Under the pieces are notes generated by a model. It saw only the letters and a list, made by a program, of their open reading frames with translations, had not been told where the DNA came from and did no database searches. Both the position numbers and the translations under genes were made by a program. Below are positions 34,318 to 45,332 of a DNA stretch of 64,000 bases, one piece after another. Origin of the DNA: Naegleria gruberi (lineage: Eukaryota); assembly GCA_000004985.1 (NCBI GenBank), contig GG738859.1; one strand, 5' to 3'. Every line of letters begins with the position of its first letter. Position 1 is the first letter of the stretch.

Positions 34318-35348
34318 TTAAATAAGTTTCTTGGTTTTGAAAAAGCTTCTCAAACTAATCAATTGGAATGTTGCTGAAATAGTGTTAATATATAAATGTA
34401 AAAAAAAACAGAATACCTACTTCCGAAAACAATAAAAACAAATTTAAGAAAACCAATCCAGAATGTTCTTTCATAAGTACTATCGGTAGTATCACGGAAT
34501 CTACTTTCTCTAGTTCTGAAATAAGTTTGTTCATCACGGATAATATCAATTTGATTCTTGATATCTTTCAACAGGGTTGAGAGACGATCAAGTTGGTCAA
34601 CTGTTTGAGGTTCCTTTTCCAAATGATAATGAACATCCACATCAACACGAACATCAATAAATGATTCTACAGCAATAGATGGAGAAAAATCGAAACAAAT
34701 TTCTATTCCAATTCAATAAAATTAAATGTTATCAATCATTACAAGTTCATATGAAGAAATCAAATCCATTATTATTATTATTATATTTTTAAAATAATAA
34801 CAAAATATATAATATCAAATGTAAAGAGTAATATTCAAGAAGTAAACATACCATATTCACCAGTGACACCAGAGTGTGCTTTTAAATGGAAAACACTTTC
34901 CTTGGCCTTGTCCAACATTTCACTCTTCAATTCATGTCCATATGGATCAGTGACTCTGAGTTGAGCACTATCTGGACGATTAAAATATGGTCGAACAGTG
35001 AGTTTAAATGGTGTATTTTCACTATTTAGTAGTTTCCAATCATGATTTTTCATCCGATTAATTATATTATCCAATAGATAGTAGGTAAATAATTATTGAT
35101 GATCCAAAAATGTTATTGGTGATGTAATGATGAGGCAATGATGATGATATTTAGTAGTAAATAATATTATTGTTACACAAGATATTTGGTCAAGTCAATA
35201 TATTGAAATCAACAAACCTCAAATGTTCATGAAGACAAGCTTTACTTCCTCTAACCATCTTGACCAATACTCCTTCCGTGCCCACACTCATCATACCAAT
35301 CAAGGTGATGAAAACCAGCAGACATGAAAAAACACATGAAATTTTCAT
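34318..35348 (-). CDS. p24/emp24/GOLD-domain cargo receptor (TMED family), 4 exons, ~212 aa
   Basis: Exons complement(35218..35348), (34852..35021), (34421..34702), (34318..34373). Introns of 196, 149 and 47 nt with GTTTGT/GTATGT/GTAGGT donors. Signal peptide MKISCVFSCLLVFITLIGMMSVG. GOLD domain ..VTDPYGHEL..GVTGEYG|EICFDFS. Coiled coil, then TM (WIGFLKFVFIVFG) and C-terminal ..LRSFFKTKKLI* (KKxx ER-retrieval motif). An upstream ATG at 35405 is an alternative start. Confidence 0.8.
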
Positions 35349-35498
35349 TTTTTTAATTTTAAAAACATATGACGATCGATGACAACAAGATAATCTCGTC
35401 ATCATCAGAATAGATAATATTATTATTATTTAATAAATTGGATAACATCATCTTCATCGATAACGGATTTCATTCATTATAATATAAAACCATGGAAG

Positions 35499-36287
35499 TT
35501 ACAACTGGGTGAGAGGAGTGGTTGGATTATCATAATAATTCTTGTCAGTAATACGTTCAGACAAGAAGGAATATGGTGCATGGGACCACTGATCAGTATG
35601 AGAATAGAAGAAATCGTGAATATCTTCTCCTGGAGCTCTATTGTTCAATATTTGCTTATCGATAGAGTAGACCTCCTCTTCGAAAATGTAACATTTCGAG
35701 TCGGTGAACATGTAGGCATAAACAACATCATTATTACCAATAGGACTGTATAGTGCTTGAATAGGCTCATCCATAGTAAATTTACCAACATGAATACCAA
35801 AGAACCAACATTCATTGGAAGGAATAAATCTAATCAATAGGGCAGCACCATGGAAGAGTATTGGATACGCATTGCTTGGAAAGACCTCTGCAGTATTATC
35901 AATACCAGGGAAAACTTCAAAAGGAGTTTCATTGGCATCTAATTCCTTGATGAGAGCAAAGAAGTAGGCCTCTCTTTGGTTGAATTCCTTCAAGTACAAA
36001 CCCTTTCGAGTGATCTTGTCTCCATTGGAGAGGATGATTTCTTGTTCGACCATATTTACACTTGTTTGATCACGAGATTGCTTGGTGAAGGAAGCTTCGT
36101 AAATGTAGATGTGTTGTTTATCATTTCTGACTTGAATAACAAAGGCACGACCTCCATTGTCATGTGTTACATAGAGTTGATAATCAGCAAAGGTTTGATT
36201 GGAAAGTTCAACTTCTTGGAAGGAGGTGATTTGTGGACCCGATTGAACAGCCTGGTTGTTCATTGGTGTACTGACGAGAGTTGGCAT
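35499..36287 (-). CDS. hypothetical protein, 262 aa
   Basis: Uninterrupted ORF, ATG 36287..36285, TAA 35501..35499. No recognisable motif. Non-repetitive, moderately hydrophilic. Confidence 0.45.
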   Translation of the reverse strand: MPTLVSTPMNNQAVQSGPQITSFQEVELSNQTFADYQLYVTHDNGGRAFVIQVRNDKQHIYIYEASFTKQSRDQTSVNMVEQEIILSNGDKITRKGLYLKEFNQREAYFFALIKELDANETPFEVFPGIDNTAEVFPSNAYPILFHGAALLIRFIPSNECWFFGIHVGKFTMDEPIQALYSPIGNNDVVYAYMFTDSKCYIFEEEVYSIDKQILNNRAPGEDIHDFFYSHTDQWSHAPYSFLSERITDKNYYDNPTTPLTQL

Positions 36288-36666
36288 TTGTTTTGTTGTG
36301 AAATATCATTACCATCTGAATCATGCTTTGAACATTTCACAAATGGTGAGCTGTTGGAAATGTTAAAAAATCTGTTTTTCAACCAACAACAGGAAGATTG
36401 GTTGTGGCAACACTTTATGAACAATTGTTGATATCAACAGAAGCATTTGCGCTATTTTTTTTTAAAGTTACCGTTACATATTTTATTTTGAATTAATAAA
36501 AAATTCTTTCTTTCAAAACTGTCTTCATCATCATCATAAACAATGCTGTTGGATTGCTTCCATACAATAGCATCTTCCTTTGGTCTTGTATATCCTCCAA
36601 CACAAATATGATTCGGAATATTCTCATTATCATCATTAACGCACCTATCACCAAATATTAAACCAA

Positions 36667-38574
36667 TTAATTGTTATTATTATTCTTATTCATCATGGCA
36701 ATATATTGTTCTAATAAATCAGACCATTGCTCCTGACTCAATTCTTGCAATGGAACAGAAGTTGATGCTGATGCCATAGTTGCTGTTGTTGCTACAGCAG
36801 AACTATTATCAAATACAAAATTGCTCAAATCCTCCTCAACAATGAAATCCTCCAATGGAAGAAATGATGATGAAGGTAAAACTTCGGCATTCATAAAGCT
36901 AGCATTGTTATTTGCTGCTGCTTCGTTATTAGTAGTAATAGATTGTTGTTGTTGTAGATGTTGTGGAAATAGACTTTCAACAACAGGTGATAAACTGGCA
37001 AGTAAATTATCAACTGGATTAATATTGGTATCTTGATGGGAACAATTCATCATTGAATTATTAGTGTTAGAGAATGAGCTGATGGGAGTATATTCATTGT
37101 TGTTTAAACAGGATAATTCAAGATACTTATTTCCAACAAATTGTTGATTATTATTAACATTGGAAAGGAGAATATTCAAAACATTGGAATTATTCTCAAT
37201 TGGAGGAGATGATCGTGTTGTTGATGCTGTTTGTGTGGTTACTGAAGGAATAATTGCCTGTTGAGTAAGTAATTGATGAGTAATGGTCATTGGTTGTTGA
37301 TCCAATTGACCATTTGAATTATTAGAGGAATTAGAAGTATTTGGAGAATGAGTCATTCTAATATTTGATTGAATAAATTGTTGTGGTACATGTTGAGTTA
37401 ATTGCATTTGTGGAATAGTTAACATTGGAGAAGATTGATTGGAAGCAGATGAAGAATCCAAAGATTGCATTGATTGACTTGGAATATGTTGTTGAAAAAC
37501 TTGAATTGGTTGTTGTGCAAAAACACCAAATTGTTGTTTCATTTGCTTATTTCCCATTCCATTATTCGAAACCTTCTTATTCTTCTTTTGATTATTCAAT
37601 TTAGGTGAATTTCCACTTCCACTCTGAATCTCTCCACTAATAATCTCATTCACTGAAATATTATGAAATGAAATTTGTGCCTTTTCCTTCTTCTTTTCAA
37701 ATACGAAATAATTTTGCTTGAATTTTGGTTTTTCACACAAAACTGTTTCATTCTTCAATAGTGGACGACTGAATTTTCCTTCACTCTTAATGACAACATT
37801 CCCAGTAGAGAGAGAAGAATTGAATTGTTGTTGTGGAGTCAATGGAGTTGAAGAGGAGGATGAAGAAGCTAGTTCTGAACTTGTTGTTGGTGAAGAATGA
37901 AGACATGTTGATGAAACATGTTGAGTCAATTTGGCCATTTTGTGTGATTTTTGAATGCCTCTAGCATGTAGTGGTGGAGTGGATGATAACTTTTGAAGTG
38001 GTGGGCTAGGTGTTAATGAATCATTCAAATTAGTTTGATTGTTTGTTGTAACATGTTGTTGATGAAAATTGAAAATTTGATTGTCAGCACTTGACATGTT
38101 AAATTGGTGTTGATTATCAAAATGTGAAGGAGAAGAATTGTTTCCACTCATGTTATGACTCTTTGAAGGTGTTATACATGTATTTACAAGATTAATCATT
38201 GGATTTGGATGATTCAATGAAGTGTTATGACTATTGTTGTTAATCACAACTAGAATTGGAGAAACTGAAGTTGAGTTTTGTTGAGTATGAGGTGGTGGTG
38301 ATAATTTGCTAGTTGCAGCCAACAGTATTTGATCTAGTGTTGTTGTTGATGTGGATTCATTTTGTTGACATGTGTTGGCAGATGATTGAGAGGTGGCACT
38401 TTGCATTAATAATTGGTACATGTCCCAAACACTCTTATCTACAGTGACTGGTTGGGATGTATTTGTTGTTGTTGGAGAATTTTGAAGTGAATGATTTTCA
38501 GATGTCGAATAGAAACCATTATTCGAAAGGTTGTTGTTCGAGAGATTATTCTTACTCATCATTAAATTGAGCAT
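36667..38574 (-). CDS. Gln/Asn/Ser/Thr-rich low-complexity (prion-like composition) protein, 635 aa
   Basis: Continuous ORF in an AT-rich genome (unlikely by chance). Long runs of N, Q, S, T. Coded by CAA/AAT/TCA-type repeats. Confidence 0.5.
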   Translation of the reverse strand: MLNLMMSKNNLSNNNLSNNGFYSTSENHSLQNSPTTTNTSQPVTVDKSVWDMYQLLMQSATSQSSANTCQQNESTSTTTLDQILLAATSKLSPPPHTQQNSTSVSPILVVINNNSHNTSLNHPNPMINLVNTCITPSKSHNMSGNNSSPSHFDNQHQFNMSSADNQIFNFHQQHVTTNNQTNLNDSLTPSPPLQKLSSTPPLHARGIQKSHKMAKLTQHVSSTCLHSSPTTSSELASSSSSSTPLTPQQQFNSSLSTGNVVIKSEGKFSRPLLKNETVLCEKPKFKQNYFVFEKKKEKAQISFHNISVNEIISGEIQSGSGNSPKLNNQKKNKKVSNNGMGNKQMKQQFGVFAQQPIQVFQQHIPSQSMQSLDSSSASNQSSPMLTIPQMQLTQHVPQQFIQSNIRMTHSPNTSNSSNNSNGQLDQQPMTITHQLLTQQAIIPSVTTQTASTTRSSPPIENNSNVLNILLSNVNNNQQFVGNKYLELSCLNNNEYTPISSFSNTNNSMMNCSHQDTNINPVDNLLASLSPVVESLFPQHLQQQQSITTNNEAAANNNASFMNAEVLPSSSFLPLEDFIVEEDLSNFVFDNSSAVATTATMASASTSVPLQELSQEQWSDLLEQYIAMMNKNNNNN

Positions 38575-39677
38575 TTCAGAGAGAATGGATATCTTTGTGA
38601 TGTTTTGTGAAATAGTGTAATAAACAAGGAGAGAGATTATTAACTAATAGTCTTGTTTCTAATAGAGAGGCGGCTGATTTCGTTTGTTTTCGGATGTACA
38701 ATGGTTGATGTAAAACTCAAATAGTCCTTCTCAGAATAATAAACGATTCTCAAAGGTAGATGTTGGTTTGTTTTTTTCAAAATTGCTAAAACTTTGGAAG
38801 TCTAATCATCTTCCTTTAAAAGTTGTAGAAATAGCTTGAAATTAAACCTCGCTCTTGAAAATTATGATGAAAAAATCATCATCGTCCACCTGTCGACTAT
38901 TTAGGTTGAAGATAAAAAAGGATCAGTCAACGTCAGTAATCAAATTTAGAAAAAAGCGCTGTCAAAAAAATTGGAACTAGCACCTTGGAGCGACATGAGA
39001 GCATTCAAACGAAAAGTTTTGGGCGAGTTACTAAATTATCATGCATTCTCAACTTCTCAAAATAAAATGATTAACCAAAAGCAATGTGGACTCACTCAAT
39101 TCGTATAACATTCGTTGAGATTATTCTTTTTAAAGATTAGTATCCAGGGGCAACGTGGGTTCTTATCGTTCAAATAACATTGAACGGTTTAATTGGTGAT
39201 ATTGGACGAGTTAGAATTGGGGCATTTAGTTTCGTCTTGTTTCGTTTTTCTAATTTGAGAAGAAATAATTGTGTGATCCTCCTATGTAGGAAGAGTTGAC
39301 CGTTGGTGTATTTAAAAGAGGTGTAATGCTAAACTGTTGTCTATCCATTGACTGGAGATTCTATACGAAAGTAACCTAATAATTGTAATCTTCCTTCTGT
39401 TAGAGAATCAGCTCTAAACCTTTTTACAGCAAACACCTCAGCATTCAAAGCAGCTTTTCAATATTGTACAAGTTGTTGTCATCTTTCCAATTCATGAAAA
39501 ATTAAATATTTTAAATTCTCATGAGGGTTATTCTAAATAGTAAAGATTAATCTCCTTTCGTCCAATGTTTACATAAATTACAAAGACAACATTACAATGA
39601 TAATTTGGTTTATTACACTGTGAATGTATTATGAGAGATTACATAGTATTAGTTTTTTAGAATTTATTTTGGTCAAC

Positions 39678-40643
39678 TCACGGTTTTGAAGTTGGAGGTG
39701 AATTTTGTAATCTGAAACTTCTTGAAAGTTTTGAAAATGACAATCTTGGCAAATGTTTCTCTTGTGGTTGTTCAGGTGTGACTGGAATTGTAGACGATTC
39801 TCCAACACTAGACGAAACATGAATTGGTGGCACTGCCGAAGGTCCATTCTTCAAAGCAGTTGAAGCTTGCTTTCCAATCGAAACATTCACCAATAGCGCT
39901 TCAATAATCAATAAGGGTTTAGTTCGAGATCTCTCTAAGAATCCATTCTCAACGAATTGAGATTCTAATTGAATTTCTAATTGTAAATAATGAGGTTTCT
40001 TCTTCTGATCATACATTGCTTGCTTATATTCATATGATTTCCATAAATCTCCCCAATTGACTTGAACATATTTGGATGCTGTCAAGTCAATGTCATGAGA
40101 TTGTGACATTTCTTGTATTTCTTCAATTTCTTCATCTGAAAAATTGACAAATTCTGCTTGTTTCATTGTAGGAGTGGGAGTTGGTGGAATATTTACCAAA
40201 TTATGAAAATCTTGCACAATTGACTGAGAATCTGAAAGATACAACCACCAAGGAGGACCATTTCCACTCTCATCTTCACATTCAACTGGACAACCATCGA
40301 AAATACACGAAAGTGGAAGAAAGCACTTTCCAATCTTTTCATTTCTACCAATTCTATCATGATCATAAATTGTAAACTCAATCGTGTTGGTTTTCTTTGT
40401 TTCTCTATTTGGAACGAAGAGTGTTGAAGTGCTAATAATTGAGGGATATAAATTTTGTAGAGTTAAACCTTTCAGATTGAACTGCATGGTTTCGTCCCAG
40501 ATTGGATTTAAAGTTTCTTTCAAAACTGCAGTTTTTCTTGAATGACCATTTATATCAATTTCAATAAAGGGATCGGATTTTTTGAATAGATCAGAGGGAG
40601 GCAGATGATGTGCTCTAATGACACGAATGAAAAGTTTTGCCAT
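39678..40643 (-). CDS. C2-domain protein, 321 aa
   Basis: N-terminal C2: KLFIRVIRAHHLPPSDLFKKSDPFIEIDINGHSRKTAVLKETLNPIWDETMQFNL..EFTIYDHDRIGRNEKIGKCFLPL. Confidence 0.7.
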   Translation of the reverse strand: MAKLFIRVIRAHHLPPSDLFKKSDPFIEIDINGHSRKTAVLKETLNPIWDETMQFNLKGLTLQNLYPSIISTSTLFVPNRETKKTNTIEFTIYDHDRIGRNEKIGKCFLPLSCIFDGCPVECEDESGNGPPWWLYLSDSQSIVQDFHNLVNIPPTPTPTMKQAEFVNFSDEEIEEIQEMSQSHDIDLTASKYVQVNWGDLWKSYEYKQAMYDQKKKPHYLQLEIQLESQFVENGFLERSRTKPLLIIEALLVNVSIGKQASTALKNGPSAVPPIHVSSSVGESSTIPVTPEQPQEKHLPRLSFSKLSRSFRLQNSPPTSKP

Positions 40644-40788
40644 TTTTTTTTATTAAAGTAAATTACAATTTTTGGAAATCAAAAGAAATTTGATTGGATT
40701 AATTTGGATAAATTCCAAATTTGGAATGTTGATAGATTACAAATTGAATTGATTGGATGGGGAGTATTTTGGATCATAAATATTTGAG

Positions 40789-42179
40789 TTAGACAGTATT
40801 CTCTTGAATATTACTTGGGGCAGTATGCAATTCTTGAGATTCGTCCACTTTAGCTCCAATTTTGTTGGTTTGTTTTCGTTTAGTTGACGAGGTTCCATTA
40901 GAAGATATGCTATTTCTTCTAAATACTCGTTGAACCTCCTTCAATGGTCTATGAATTCCAATAAACAAACTAACAATCACAACAATAGTCACGTCATAAG
41001 TCACAAAATAAACCAACATTAAATTCTTATCAATCATTGACAGTGGAATGAAAAAGAATCCAATAAACTGAATGACCAAACACACTGTTGCAACAATCAA
41101 TATAGCCCATGCTTTTTTCAATACTTGTTTCTTAATATTTACGGAATTTTCTTGTTCCTTACTTTCAATGTAAGGCGTTTCAATTTTTTCTGATTTTTCT
41201 TGTTGTGTTTGTTGAGTGATTTCTGAATTATTATTTTGATTGATTGAAGGATTGGTGAGCTGAGCATTATTTTGAAGAGCTTTGGCTCTTGCATGACCTT
41301 GATGGAGAGATTTCAAGAGTATACTTCCAGTCATCTGGAAATGTCACATTGACATGTATGAAATTAAAGTATTACTTACATGGAGAAGACATAAAATACA
41401 GATGGACAATACAAAGAATGTCAAGGCACTAATCAAGAAAACAGCCAATATCAAATTATTCATCACTGGAGTATTTCCATATCCAGCAATTAATCCTCCT
41501 GCCACAAACAAGATTACAGTCAAGACACAAATTATAATAAACAAGACAATTAAAAATCCAATAATCAAATATCTCATAATCTTGTACTTTCTAGTCGAAA
41601 CTGCTCCAACTGCCTTTGTCGTATTCAAACTATCATTATTGTAAACTCTTAAAAATCCTTAATTTCAAAAAAAACTTACAAAATCAATGAAACATGACCC
41701 AACAATAGAAATTCCCAATAACAATTCCATGAAATTACAGTTCTATCCAAAGCTTTCATTACAGCATAGATTTCATCTGCCTTAACAAGAGTTGGATCTA
41801 AATAACTCAATTCGGCACACATTCTTGTGAGCATATTCAAAGTGGAGAAACTGCAAAATGCCATTAGAATGTAAAAGATTATTCTCTGGTTTCGTTTTAA
41901 TTCGCTTTTCATTGTAATAATTTTGTAAATGCATAAAAATAATAAAAATGGAAAGATGAACATGAAGGGAATGTTAATGCCGAATGTGGTGTATTGATAA
42001 TAAGTCATGTGGTGAGTGACTGTTGTTGATGAATTGTTGGTGGAATTGAAGGTATCTGAAAGGTTGTCAAGGGTTGTACTTTCGAATAAGAAACTATCCA
42101 AAAAATGATGATTCCCAAATAGAAAATTTAAAGACAATTGTTGAAAATTGTCGTTTAGAGATGTGGAGCTATCTGCCAT
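40789..42179 (-). CDS. seven-transmembrane receptor-like protein (GPCR-like topology), 3 exons, ~437 aa
   Basis: Exons complement(41680..42179), (41380..41647), (40789..41334); introns of 32 and 45 nt (GTAAGT donors). Spliced product has 7 hydrophobic helices: IPFMFIFPFLLFLCIY / IIFYILMAFCSFSTLNML / WEFLLLGHVSLILLV / YLIIGFLIVLFIIICVLTVILFV / LILAVFLISALTFFVLSICILCLL / AWAILIVATVCLVIQFIGFFFIPL / LMLVYFVTYDVTIVVIVSLFIGI. The N-terminus is N-glycosylation-rich (NSTNNSST), there is a long third cytoplasmic loop, and the C-tail is Ser/Thr-rich. Confidence 0.6.
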
Positions 42180-42950
42180 GATGATGGTTCAGTATGTTGA
42201 AGGGTAAAATATTTGACAGAAGGTGTGGGAAACCTTTCGTTCTTTTTTTTATGGTTGAACGTTGTTTATTAAGAGAGGTTTGGACACATGATTTATTATT
42301 CATCTTTATCTTCTGTTTCCATTCGAAACTGATTTCGGTAGATATTACGAAGCTAATTTTAAAGTATGTTCTAAATTGTTGTCAAGATTCCAAACCAGAA
42401 GGAAAAAGTAAAAGAAATGAAGTTATAAGAATCAATTTAGTTTCGCTCCTTCTTTCGCATTATCAAACGAAGAGCTTCTAGAATATCTTAATGGGAAAGG
42501 TTCTGTTTGGGAATATTTTATCCGTAAGGTTGCAAAATTATGCAGCAAAAACAATAAAACTTTTGCTGACGGACGGGATCGAATTGTTGCACATAAGGTG
42601 GCGATTTTCCAACAACTATTACGGTTTTACGTCTTTTTGAATTAAGGCACAATGCTTAGACATCTACTTACTGATCAAACAACAATAAGAAACAAAGAAG
42701 ACAGGGCTGATGTTTCTTACAATGTAATTATGTCTATGAACTAAATTTCCACTTTCATTATTTGCCATGTTATTAGTGTGTAAATGATGTTTGTTGGTAA
42801 CTTTGTCATTGCTCTATTCATTAAATTTTGTAAGTGTTGCACATGCGCTTAGTCCTCTCTTGTTCAAATTACCGTCTAATGCGAAAGAAGCGGGGAATAA
42901 AATCCCATTTAATAAGATGATCATGTTTTTTAGATGGAATTTTAAAAAAA

Positions 42951-44629
42951 ATGAAAACTCTTAAGACAGTTACCTTGCTGGCTTCAAAACAACAAACTAC
43001 AGCCAGAGCCTTCTCCACTACAACTTTAATAACATCCCAGAAATGTCCACATTTAAATTCCGAATCCTCCTCAGAAACATCAACATTAAACAAACAACCA
43101 TTGAAAAGATTTGATGAAATGCCAGGCCCTAAGGGATTACCAGTCCTTGGAAATGCTCTTGAATTGGCCAAACATGCCAACAATCCAGTTCAATATTTTA
43201 CTGAATTGGCTGCTAAATATGGTGATATGGTTAGAACTAGGGTTTTCAATGAAAAGATGGTTTTATTATCTGATCCTCAATTAGCTCGTGTCTTGTCTAG
43301 AGAAGAGGAGGGAAGAATCACTCTCAAAGCTGGAAGACATTACTCCCTCGACAGGGGATATCCACTCATTCCATTATTTGCTTATACACATGAGAATTGG
43401 AATGACATGCGTCAAGTTTTAAATGTTGCTATGAAGCCACAATTTGTTAATGAGATTATTCTTCCACAATTAACTGAATTGAATAGTGATTTATTACAAG
43501 ATATCATCAAACATTTCAAATTTGATAAGGAAAGACAACAGTTCTATATTGAAGATCCAAATAGAGATGTCACAAGCCCGTATGCATTTGGCAGTGTATT
43601 GAAATCAATTCTTGGTGGTCGCTTATCAAAAGAAAAATTGAGTCAATTTGGTTTCACAGTGCGACAATTCATTGACGATGGAAATGTTGGTGCTGATCTC
43701 ATTACAAAACTTCAATATCTTCCACAAATTTACAAATATTACAAAACCAAAGATTACAAAGAATTTGAAAGAGTTTTGGATTTGACTCATACTAGAGTTG
43801 AACGAATGATGGAACTCTATAAGGAAAATGAAAGTGGAAAGGCAAGATTAGTGGAATATTTTGAAGAAAGAGCAAAGGAAAGTAATATGGATTCAAAATG
43901 TGTTGGAGCATGTACTGGAGCTCTGTTCAATGCTGGAACTGATGTTACTGCCAAAGTTTTGGCTATTTTGCTTTACAGAGTAGCTAACGAGAAGGATTAT
44001 GCTGATAGGATGTATGAAGAGCTAGTGACTGTATTTGGAGAACCAACTTTGGATGAAATTACAAGTGAGAATGGACTTGTTGTCACTTCAGAAGACTTGA
44101 AACAATTGAGATTGTGTAAGAATTTCATAGATGAAGTACTGAGGGTTGATCACATTATTCCAATCAGAAATACAAGATATCTCTCAAAAGATATTGAACT
44201 GGGAGGTTATCTTTTAGAAAAGGGAACATTAATCTCCTTTCTGGATGAACTTAACACGCAATCAAAATATGTTCCAAGAGGTTGTGAATTTTTACCAGAT
44301 CGCCATGAGAAGGGATCTGATTTGAGTGAACCAAAGGGTTATCTTGGACCATTTGGTCGTGGTGCTCGTAAATGTCCAGTAAGTTTCAAGTTTAACAATT
44401 AATTCATTAATCGAAAATATAGGGAGAAAGAGTTGCTGGAATTGAAGTTTATTTGACCTTGATTAATGTAGTGAGACATTTCAAATTAGCTCATTCAAAT
44501 GGTGATCAATTTCCTCCATTGTCAGCTGACAAGTCAATGATGTTTATGGATGCTTCAAAGTATAGATTATTCTTCACTCCAAGAGACCATTTAATTAATC
44601 ATTTAAAACAATTAAACAAGTATCAATAA
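42951..44629 (+). CDS. cytochrome P450 (mitochondrial-type presequence), 2 exons, ~544 aa
   Basis: Exon 1 42951..44378, intron 44379..44422 (GTAAGT..ATATAG), exon 2 44423..44629. Presequence MKTLKTVTLLASKQQTTARAFSTT. Pro-rich hinge PGPKGLPVLGN. The heme-binding loop spans the intron: FGRGARKCP|GERVAG (FxxGxRxCxG). Confidence 0.85.
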
Positions 44630-45332
44630 TTTATTTGCATTATTAAAATTAATGTTTATCCAAATTACATATTTAAAATTCAACAAATGGACCTTCATGG
44701 CCTTGACACGATTTTCAGAGTGGTTTCACATCGTCATCTCAGTGTCATCTAAATAGTAGTAATAATAGTAATTTTTGAGTAATTAGTGAGAATGTTTCAT
44801 CATGAAATTTTGGATACAAGTTGGTGTTCCATCATCCGATCATTCACCAACCAATGATCATTATTGTTTTCCATCAATATTATAAGCAAGTTGGAAAACA
44901 TGTTCATTTATTATCAGATTTTGATCATCGTGTTGTAAATTTATCAAGTACCGATATTCAATGCTACCCAATTTTTGATCGTTTAGTACAATTTTCGCAA
45001 TACCCACTAACAATTTAAATTTCTTTAAACTTTGTTGATGGTATTTGACATAATCTTATCTTAATGATTAAATAGTCATTCATGAATACAAATCAGTATA
45101 TGCAAAATATTCAAATTAAAAAATATTGATACATGACACAGAGATAATTGCGTGCGAATTTCGTATAATTTCGAATAAGGTTTGTTGTGACCCTGAAATA
45201 GTTTGAAATCTCTTGAAGGTTTTAGAATGGACAAAGAGACGAAACAAACATGTGGTGCAATCACCATCTTGATATCTCCTGAAATTTGTAATATTGTTTC
45301 GTGTTTCAAGATATCAACAAAATCATAAAAAA

